Part shown: positions 1 through 6,818 of the stretch, one piece after another
How positions within the stretch are numbered: the stretch's first letter is position 1
How the letters are laid out: every line of letters begins with the position of its first letter
Assembly (NCBI RefSeq): GCF_000284115.1
Contig: NC_017080.1
Coordinates: 300,001 to 332,000, forward strand
Direction: 5' to 3'
DNA: 32,000 nt
Source: Phycisphaera mikurensis NBRC 102666
GTDB lineage: Bacteria > Planctomycetota > Phycisphaerae > Phycisphaerales > Phycisphaeraceae
Notes under the pieces: model-generated
The model's database searches: none
What the model was told of the DNA's origin: nothing
What the model saw: only the letters and a program-made list of their open reading frames with translations
Made by a program: the position numbers and the translations under genes

Positions 1-563
1 AGACCGCCCACCTCGCCGACGACGGCTTCTGCGTGAGCTACCTCCGCAATTCCACCGCTTACGGCCACAGCCCGATGCTCCGCATCGACCTGGTCGTCAA
101 CAACCTGCTCGCCTCGGCGCTGTCCTACGGCGAGATCCGCATCAAGAGCGACGGCAGCCCCTGGCGCCCGCTGATCCACTGCGCCGACATCGCCCGGGCG
201 TTCGTGGCCTTCTGCGACGCGGACGCGGGGGCCATCAACGGCCAGGCGATCAACATCGGCGGCAACGACGAGAACTACCGGGTCAAGGACGTCGGCGACG
301 GCGTGGAGCGGCTCATCCCCGAAGCGAAGGTCGTCTACACCGGCGAGCACGGCGAGGACTCCCGCGACTACCGCGTCAACTTCGACAAGCTGGCGGAGCT
401 CGTGCCGGGTTTCCGGCTGGGCTACAACCTCCGCTCGGGCATGGAAGAGCTGCACAAAGCGATGGTCGATCACGGTTTCAACGCGGAGATGTTCGAGAGC
501 GACCAGTTCGTGCGGCTCAAGACCCTGCGCAACCGCTTCGACCGCATCGGCGTGAGCGCGTAG
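1..563 (+). CDS. NAD-dependent epimerase/dehydratase family protein, C-terminal fragment (5' end lies outside the window)
   Basis: The reading frame is open from the window edge to TAG at 561-563. The C-terminal substrate-domain pattern (WRPLIHCADIARAF..., INIGGN..NYRV) is typical of SDR-type sugar epimerases, and the gene sits next to rmlC. Confidence 0.7.
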   Translation, partial: TAHLADDGFCVSYLRNSTAYGHSPMLRIDLVVNNLLASALSYGEIRIKSDGSPWRPLIHCADIARAFVAFCDADAGAINGQAINIGGNDENYRVKDVGDGVERLIPEAKVVYTGEHGEDSRDYRVNFDKLAELVPGFRLGYNLRSGMEELHKAMVDHGFNAEMFESDQFVRLKTLRNRFDRIGVSA

Positions 564-665
564 GGCGGGCTTGCCAGCCCGCCGGCATCACGCGATCAAC
601 CGGCTTTCACTCGAATCCCACACGCTGCCGCCTGCGGCGGCACGGCAGGCAAGCATGCCTGCCCG
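561..665 (+). repeat. REP-like structured intergenic repeat, copy A (three hairpins)
   Basis: It has three hairpins: GGCGGGCT/AGCCCGCC (564-583), TGCCGCC/GGCGGCA (626-642) and GGCAGGCA/TGCCTGCC (644-663). The 5' and 3' modules are closely similar to 6689-6818. Confidence 0.55.
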
Positions 666-695
666 ACGGCTCCCGCGCCATGTCATCGGCCCGCC

Positions 696-1241
696 ATGAA
701 GTTCCACGACACCCCCCTCCAGGACGCCAAGCTCATCGAACTCGAGAAGCGAGGCGATGAACGCGGCTTCTTCGCCCGCGCCTTCTGCACGAAGGAGTTC
801 GCCGCCGCCGGCCTGCCCACCGCGTTCGTCCAGGTGAACAACTCGGACAGCGCCGACGCCGGCACCCTCCGCGGCATGCACTACCAGCTCGGCGACGACG
901 CCGAGACCAAGCTGGTCCGCTGCATCAAGGGCAGCCTCTGGGACTGCATCATCGACCTGCGGCCCGACTCGCCCACCTTCAAGAAGTGGTACGGCGTGGA
1001 GCTCTCCGCCGAGAACCGCCTGATGCTCGCCGTGCCCCGCGGCTTTGCCCACGGCTTCATCACGCTCGAGCCCAACACCGAGGCCTTCTACTTCGTCGAC
1101 AACTTCTACGCCCCCGACGCCGAGCGTGGCATCCGCCACGACGACCCGGAGTTCGGCATCCAGTGGCCCCGCGAGCCCGCCGTGCAGAGCGACAAGGACA
1201 AGTCCTGGCGCGACTTCGACCCCGCCTGGCACCTGAATTGA
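696..1241 (+). CDS. rfbC: dTDP-4-dehydrorhamnose 3,5-epimerase
   Basis: The 181-aa product carries the RmlC cupin signature (ERGFF.R.F..., GTLRGMHYQ, KLVRCIKGSLWDCIIDLR, VPRGFAHGF). Confidence 0.9.
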   Translation: MKFHDTPLQDAKLIELEKRGDERGFFARAFCTKEFAAAGLPTAFVQVNNSDSADAGTLRGMHYQLGDDAETKLVRCIKGSLWDCIIDLRPDSPTFKKWYGVELSAENRLMLAVPRGFAHGFITLEPNTEAFYFVDNFYAPDAERGIRHDDPEFGIQWPREPAVQSDKDKSWRDFDPAWHLN

Positions 1242-1295
1242 TCCCGCACCGCGTCCCGCCGGAGCGGTGGATCCGGTGGCGTCGGGCCGGGTGGT

Positions 1296-2540
1296 TCACC
1301 GCGGCTGGATCGCCGCCCGCTGCGGGTCGTACCGCACCTCGCCCAGCGTGCCCGCGATCAGCCGCTCCACCGCTTCCTCGATCAACGGGAGCGGGACCAG
1401 GAACCACTCGCGGGGCTCGACAGCCGAGCCGAAGCGGTCCTGGAGCTGCACGTCCAGCCGGGCCTCGGCGAAGAAGCCGTGCAGCAGGTGCTCGAGCTTG
1501 TGGCGGTGCAGGTTCGCCAGCTCCCATCCGGCGACCTGCTCCACGCCGGCCAGCAGGAACGTCGGGTCCTTGGCGGCGTTCGCCAGCCGCTTCTTCACGT
1601 CCCCGCCCGTGACCCCGATCTTGTGGAGCACCTCCCGGTGCTCCGCCACGAAGGGGTCGCTCGAGAGGCTGCGGACCACGTACACGCGGCCGCTGGCGAC
1701 GTCCCCGTCCGCGGCCTCGCCCGAGAGCACCGCCCCCCCCGGACCCCGCTCCTTGACGAACAGCGGCCCCGCATCGTCGTCGCGCGGCAGGATCCGCCGG
1801 CTCGCGTCGTCCTTGTTGAGCGCCCGCCGCAGCGAGCGCATCAGGAGGTCCGACTCGGTCGCGTTGTCGAACACCACGCGCAGCCGCCGGTCGTTCTCGC
1901 CGTGCTCGGCCTTGAAGACCGACCCCGCCGAAGCCACGCAGGCCTTGTGCCCGTCGAGGACGAACCAGTCGCCCACCGCGATCCCCTCCTCGTCGCGCCC
2001 GTCCTTGCGGAAGCGGGCGGTCCGCCGCTCGCCGGCGTCGAGCTCCGCCTGCACCGCGGCGAAGGCCCCCGCAAAAGCCCGCTCGAAATCCGCGCACGGC
2101 TTCCGCTTCGCCACCTCCTCGGGGCTCCTCCGCTCGGCGGCGAGGCGGACGTGCCGCATCGTGGAGACGTCGTCGGCTCCGCCGACGCCGAGCTCGTCGA
2201 GCGCTTGCTCGTCGGAGAGCCCGTCGGCCGCGCCGCCGCCCGCGGCATCCGGCCCCAGCAGCCCTCCGGCGTCCAGCGGCCCCAGCAACGCCCGGCACGC
2301 CGGCAGGCTCCGCATGCGGTCCAGCCGCACCGCGTAGAGCCGCTCGAAGATGTCGCGGTCGGCCCCGTGCCGCGGGGCCCGGCCGTGCTCGGCGGCGAAG
2401 CGCTGCACCTCCTCGAAGCCGGCGAGCATCCGCTCCTCCTCGGCCGTGTAGGCGCGTTCGGGCTCGGGCTCCGCGGAGACCCCCAGCTCCGCGAGCATCG
2501 CCGCGTCGTCATCGGTGAAGCCGGCGTCAGGCGGTGGCAC
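1296..2540 (-). CDS. GIY-YIG/T5orf172-domain nuclease-family protein with a roughly 270-aa N-terminal region of unknown function
   Basis: The C-terminal roughly 120 aa match the T5orf172/MUG113 pattern (GRVYVVRS..., HKIGVTGGDVKKRL, KLEHLLHGFF, PREWFLVPL). A GTG start at 2540 overlaps the helicase stop (2527-2529) by 14 nt. An alternative ATG lies at 2498. Confidence 0.7.
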   Translation of the reverse strand: MPPPDAGFTDDDAAMLAELGVSAEPEPERAYTAEEERMLAGFEEVQRFAAEHGRAPRHGADRDIFERLYAVRLDRMRSLPACRALLGPLDAGGLLGPDAAGGGAADGLSDEQALDELGVGGADDVSTMRHVRLAAERRSPEEVAKRKPCADFERAFAGAFAAVQAELDAGERRTARFRKDGRDEEGIAVGDWFVLDGHKACVASAGSVFKAEHGENDRRLRVVFDNATESDLLMRSLRRALNKDDASRRILPRDDDAGPLFVKERGPGGAVLSGEAADGDVASGRVYVVRSLSSDPFVAEHREVLHKIGVTGGDVKKRLANAAKDPTFLLAGVEQVAGWELANLHRHKLEHLLHGFFAEARLDVQLQDRFGSAVEPREWFLVPLPLIEEAVERLIAGTLGEVRYDPQRAAIQPR

Positions 2541-4515
2541 GGGCTCTCTCCCTCTGCAGCCGCGCCATGAACGCCACGCCCTCGGCCATCCGCCGCTCCC
2601 ACGGGTCCGGTGAGGTCGCCGACGGCGGCACGCCCCGCTGCTTCTTGAACGCGACCGCCCGCTGCATCAGCGCACGCGCCTCCTCCTCCGAGAGCGAGCT
2701 CTTCTTCGCCGTGATCGCCGCTTTCACCCGCGTGAGCGTCCCCTCGTTGAGGCTCTTGGCGAGCACCTCGTAGGCCTGCCGGAAGGGGTTGATGGCGTCC
2801 ACCAGGTCGATGTCCAGGTCCTTCACGTCCACCGCCAGCTTGCGGAGGCCGTCGATCAGCGCCGTGTTCGGCGTCTCTTCGCCGCTCGCTTCTCCAGCCG
2901 CCTGCCGCCCCCGCCGCTTGCCCTCCTGCAGCAGGTTCAGCGCCGCCACCGCCTGCTGCCGCACCGCCTCCTGGTCTCCCGCGTCCAGCTGCGGGTAGCG
3001 CTCGCGGACGATCTTGCCCTGCCGCAGCTGCGTGATCTCCTCGGGCACCAGCTCCTCGTCGAACATCCCGCGCTCCACGCTCTCTCTGTCCTGCACGAAG
3101 GCGGCGATCAGCTCGTGCACGTCCTCCCGGCACACCCGCTTGGCCTCCTTGGAGGCCGGCTCCTTGAGCCCGGCGATCTCAATCTGCACCGCCCCGGTGG
3201 TCGGGTCCACGCCGATGTTGTTGCCGCCCTCCGCGTAGCCGCGCTCGCCGTAATCCAGCCCGTCCACCGGCCCGCTGTTCTTGGGCCTGAACTCGAACTT
3301 CGGCGCCAGCACCTGCTCCATCAGCAGGCTCGCCGCGATCGCCTTGAGCGTGTCGTTGACCGCCTCGATCACCGCCACCTCGCTGGCGTCGGGCTCGGCG
3401 ATCAGGTTCGTGAAGCGGGCGCGGGCCTTGCCGGGGGCGTCGCGGGTGGCCCGCCCGATGATCTGCACCACCTCGGTCAGGCTCGCCCGGTACCCGATCG
3501 TCAGCACGTGCTCGCACCAGATCCAGTCGAAGCCCTCCTTGGCCATGCCCAGGGCGATGATGAGGTCCACGAAGTCGCGGTCTCGGATCCGCTCGCTCGC
3601 CAACGCCGCCGCCACGCGGTTGCGTCTGGCGGGGTCGTCGTCCACCAGGTCGGCCACGCGAAGCACCCGCCCGTCCGGCCGCTTCATGAGCAGGAAGCCG
3701 GTCGCGGGGTCGACGCCGTCGAATTCGCCCAGCTCCGAGAGGATGTGCTCCACCTCCTTGACCTTGTCGCCCATCGATTCCCGCGCGTTCACGTTGGGGA
3801 TGTGGACGATCGTCTTCTTGTCCGGGTCCAGCACCGCCGCCACGTCGTCCGCGTAGCGGCCGGTGTAGAAGCAGAACCCGATGTCCAGGTGCTTCAGGTG
3901 CGTGTACCCGGCGAGCTGCTCGTGGTACGTGTAGGTGACCGTTTCGAACCTCGCCTCATCCTCGGGCGTCAGCACCGCCGCCGCGTCCCCCCGGAAGTAA
4001 GAGCCCGTCATCGCGACGAGGTGGGCCTCGTCGCGCTCGATCAACGCCCGGACCTGCTCGCCCAGCCGGTTGTCCGGGCTCGCCGAGACGTGGTGGAACT
4101 CGTCCACCGCCACCAGCCGCCCGTCCAGCGCCTCCACCCCCAGCTTGTCGACCGCGAAGCGGAACGTCGCGTGCGTGCACACCAGCACCCGGTCCTCGCT
4201 GGCGAGGAACGCCCCGAACGCGTCGACCTTGCCCCCGCTGTCCTCCGGCCCCGGCGCGTCGCACAGGTTCCACCGCGGCCGCACCTCCCAGTCCGCGAAG
4301 AACCCATGCGCGGACAGCGGGACGGAGCCGAACGACGCCCCGATGTCCCGCGTGGGCACCAGCACGATCGCCTGCTTGAGCCCCTGCCGGTGCAGCTTGT
4401 CGAGCGCGACGAACATGAGCGCCCGGCTCTTGCCGCTGGCCGGCGGGCTCTTGATCAGGAGGTACGGCTCCCCGCGCCGCTGCCACACCTTCTCCTGCAT
4501 CGGCCGCATCCCCAT
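2527..4515 (-). CDS. SF2 DEAD/DEAH-box (Res/HsdR-like) helicase-ATPase with a roughly 250-aa C-terminal extension
   Basis: Walker A is SPPASGKS, motif II is VAVDEFHH and motif VI is QIIGRATR. I place the start at ATG 4515 (MGMRPMQEKVW...). The longer ORF reaching 4776 would run into the divergent gene and has no helicase-like sequence. Confidence 0.85.
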   Translation of the reverse strand: MGMRPMQEKVWQRRGEPYLLIKSPPASGKSRALMFVALDKLHRQGLKQAIVLVPTRDIGASFGSVPLSAHGFFADWEVRPRWNLCDAPGPEDSGGKVDAFGAFLASEDRVLVCTHATFRFAVDKLGVEALDGRLVAVDEFHHVSASPDNRLGEQVRALIERDEAHLVAMTGSYFRGDAAAVLTPEDEARFETVTYTYHEQLAGYTHLKHLDIGFCFYTGRYADDVAAVLDPDKKTIVHIPNVNARESMGDKVKEVEHILSELGEFDGVDPATGFLLMKRPDGRVLRVADLVDDDPARRNRVAAALASERIRDRDFVDLIIALGMAKEGFDWIWCEHVLTIGYRASLTEVVQIIGRATRDAPGKARARFTNLIAEPDASEVAVIEAVNDTLKAIAASLLMEQVLAPKFEFRPKNSGPVDGLDYGERGYAEGGNNIGVDPTTGAVQIEIAGLKEPASKEAKRVCREDVHELIAAFVQDRESVERGMFDEELVPEEITQLRQGKIVRERYPQLDAGDQEAVRQQAVAALNLLQEGKRRGRQAAGEASGEETPNTALIDGLRKLAVDVKDLDIDLVDAINPFRQAYEVLAKSLNEGTLTRVKAAITAKKSSLSEEEARALMQRAVAFKKQRGVPPSATSPDPWERRMAEGVAFMARLQRERARATA

Positions 4516-4657
4516 CGCGTTGGCCGCGGTCGTGGCCCCCGTGGCGGGGAAGGCGACGGAGACGGCGGGTTCGGGGTTTCGCGGGCTGATCAGATGAGCG
4601 TACCGACCGCTGTCAGGCGCCGGTCTCCACGGATCGGTAATAGATCGGACGTGATCC

Positions 4658-4686
4658 TTGACACGTCGGTCGGGCGATGTCAGGAT
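4658..4686 (+). promoter_or_regulatory. Putative sigma-70-type promoter (TTGACA, 17-nt spacer, CAGGAT) for the unknown/XRE-ImmA operon
   Basis: There is a perfect -35 hexamer at 4658-4663, a 17-nt spacer and a weak -10 at 4681-4686. The ATG at 4694 lies about 7 nt after the -10, which would imply a leaderless or near-leaderless mRNA. Confidence 0.3.
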
Positions 4687-4693
4687 CCTCTTC

Positions 4694-5410
4694 ATGGACC
4701 CGTTCGACCACCGCGATCCCCAACAAGTCCTCGAGACACTCGGCCCCACCGCCCCGATCGTGCTCCGCGAGGCCATGGACGCCGGCCTTCATCGCTACCG
4801 CTTCAGTCGTGAGAGGGATCCCGATGCGGCTCCTGACTACAGCGACGCGACGAGGGCGAACATGCTGGTCGACCGGATGTACCCGGTGATGTCCGCGCTG
4901 GTGGCGGTCGCCGATCCCGAAGGCCGGCACCTGTGCACCCACCGCACCGCCAACCAGCGGGCGTTGGAGCTCTACAGCGGCTTGTTCCTCATGGCGAAGC
5001 TCAAGAGGACCAAGGACCGGCTCCGGCAAGCCGATCCCGGCGAATTCCCGGAGCTGGAGGACGACGTGGACGTCGAACTCTTCGATCCCGGCATGCCGCA
5101 GAACGTGCCGACCGGCCGCGTGCTCCGGCAGCGGACACCCGGTGGCTTCCACGCCTACCGTCAGCTCCCGCTGGGCAACGTGCCGCCGGCGAGCATCCCC
5201 GACGACGGCCGCGACCGGCTCTGTCTGATCGCCGGCTTCGACCTGGACCTCGCCGAGGACCAGATCGAGCGGCCCCGGCTCGGGCTCTACGGCAGACGTG
5301 AGCCGATCTGGACCGTTCCGCTCCCAGAGTTGCCGGTCGACGCCATTGCAGCAATCCACCCCGCTTTGGCCGATCGGGTCGGTGAGCTGCGGCGCATGCG
5401 CGGCGCCTGA
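4694..5410 (+). CDS. Hypothetical protein (238 aa, no recognisable domain), first gene of the XRE-ImmA module
   Basis: The ORF has GC-rich third codon positions. It ends 21 nt before the same-strand XRE-ImmA gene. I saw no motif I can assign. The TTG at 4658 is an alternative start. Confidence 0.5.
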   Translation: MDPFDHRDPQQVLETLGPTAPIVLREAMDAGLHRYRFSRERDPDAAPDYSDATRANMLVDRMYPVMSALVAVADPEGRHLCTHRTANQRALELYSGLFLMAKLKRTKDRLRQADPGEFPELEDDVDVELFDPGMPQNVPTGRVLRQRTPGGFHAYRQLPLGNVPPASIPDDGRDRLCLIAGFDLDLAEDQIERPRLGLYGRREPIWTVPLPELPVDAIAAIHPALADRVGELRRMRGA

Positions 5411-5431
5411 CGCACCCCCGCCCCCGCGATC

Positions 5432-6598
5432 ATGAGCCCGCGTTCCCAAGGCCAGACCCCGGCGAGTCCCGGTCTCTCACCTGACGAGATGGAAGGCTTC
5501 AGCGGCTTCAACCCCGCCATGCTCACCGCTGCGCGGGAGGCGCAGCGCCTCACGCAGACGGCGCTGGCCCGTCTCCTCGGCGTGAGCCAGCCGCTGGTCG
5601 CCCGCTGGGAGGCCGCCGGGCACACCGAGGCGGGTGATCGGGAGCCGGACCTCGTCCAGCGGCGGGCGCTCGCCGAGGCGTTGCGGGTCCACCCCCGCCT
5701 CTTCGCCCAGCCCGGCAGCGCCGCCCGGGCCAGCGAGAGCGAGTACTTCCACCGAGCCTTCGCCAAAGCGCGTCGGACCGACGTGAAGGCCGCGCACGCC
5801 CGCTGCGGCCTCATCGAGCTGCAGGCCGACCGCCTGCTCGACCTTGAGGGAGCCCCCGAGGACCGGATCCCCGAGATCGACCCCGAGAACCACGCCGGCG
5901 ACGCCGAGAAGATCGCCGGCTGGGCCCGCACCCGCATGGGCCTGGCCCCCGGCCCGGTCGACAACCTCGTCCGGACCGTCGAGGACTGCGGCGGCCTGGT
6001 GATCGACCACGACCTGGAGATCGACAACGTCGACGCCCTGTGCCACTGGCGGCCCGGCCTCCCGAAGCTCTTCTTCCTGAACGGCAACCGGCCCGGCGAC
6101 CGGATGCGGCTGAGCCTCGCGCACGAGCTGGGCCACACCGTCATGCACCTGGGCCGCGACACGGAGTTGAAGCTGGCCGAGGAGCAGGCGCAGCGTTTCG
6201 CCGCTGCCTTCCTCCTGCCCTCCGCCGACTTCCGGCCGGACCTCACCTTCCGGCTGGACCTCTCGCGGCTGATGACGCTCAAGCGGAAGTGGCGGGTGTC
6301 GATGCAGGCGATCGCGTACCGAGCCCACCAGCTCGGCGCCATCGACCAGACCCGCTTCCGCTCGCTCTTCCAGCAGATCTCCCGCAAGGGCTGGCGGAAG
6401 ACCGAGCCGGTCGAGGTCCGGCGGGAGTCGCCGATGGCCTTCAAGCGGCTGCTGCGCGCCCACGTGGACGCCGGCTTCACCCGCGAGGATCTCGCCATGC
6501 TGCTGCTCGTGCCCCCGGCCCGGGTGGACGAGATGCTCGTGGACGCCTCCTCGCCCGACTGGGAGGATGGCGGCGTCCGGTTGCGGCTAGCACGCTGA
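5432..6598 (+). CDS. Fused XRE-family HTH regulator / ImmA-IrrE (M78, COG2856) zinc metallopeptidase
   Basis: The N-terminus has an HTH (LTQTALARLLGVSQPLVARWE). The central region has an HEXXH zinc motif (LAHELGHTVMH) followed by an AAAFLLP segment typical of ImmA/IrrE. Confidence 0.85.
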   Translation: MSPRSQGQTPASPGLSPDEMEGFSGFNPAMLTAAREAQRLTQTALARLLGVSQPLVARWEAAGHTEAGDREPDLVQRRALAEALRVHPRLFAQPGSAARASESEYFHRAFAKARRTDVKAAHARCGLIELQADRLLDLEGAPEDRIPEIDPENHAGDAEKIAGWARTRMGLAPGPVDNLVRTVEDCGGLVIDHDLEIDNVDALCHWRPGLPKLFFLNGNRPGDRMRLSLAHELGHTVMHLGRDTELKLAEEQAQRFAAAFLLPSADFRPDLTFRLDLSRLMTLKRKWRVSMQAIAYRAHQLGAIDQTRFRSLFQQISRKGWRKTEPVEVRRESPMAFKRLLRAHVDAGFTREDLAMLLLVPPARVDEMLVDASSPDWEDGGVRLRLAR

Positions 6599-6688
6599 AG
6601 CGCCGCGGACTGACGGCCCTGTGGGCGGAAAACGACGACGGTCCGCGGGATCGGATCACCTTCCAAGCCGATCCGGAGGCTTGAACCG

Positions 6689-6818
6689 TAGGGCAGGCTG
6701 GCCAGCCTGCCATTGTGCCCGGAGGGCACAAGCGTGGACGTGGTCCGGCCCGCGGCAAGGTCCGGCACTCGACGCTGCCGCCCCTTCGGGGCGGCACGGC
6801 AGGCAGGCCTGCCTGGCC
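6689..6818 (+). repeat. REP-like structured intergenic repeat, copy B
   Basis: It contains a perfect 20-nt palindrome GGCAGGCTGGCCAGCCTGCC (6692-6711), a hairpin TGCCGCCC/GGGCGGCA (6776-6796) and the palindrome CAGGCAGGCCTGCCTG (6800-6815). It matches copy A at 561-665. Confidence 0.6.

Noticed and set aside
4516-4776. The longer helicase ORF starting at 4776, and the TTG start at 4658 for the unknown ORF.
   Set aside because: These extensions overlap each other head-to-head. They carry no helicase-like sequence, and they would bury the TTGACA/GATC-rich promoter-like region in coding sequence. The shorter ATG starts (4515 and 4694) are preferred but remain unverified.
561-6818. The two REP-like copies as direct-repeat boundaries of a 6.2-kb mobile island.
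   Set aside because: The interval would include housekeeping rmlC and exclude the MTase gene. The central parts of the copies differ, and there is no recombinase. A dispersed structured repeat is the simpler reading.
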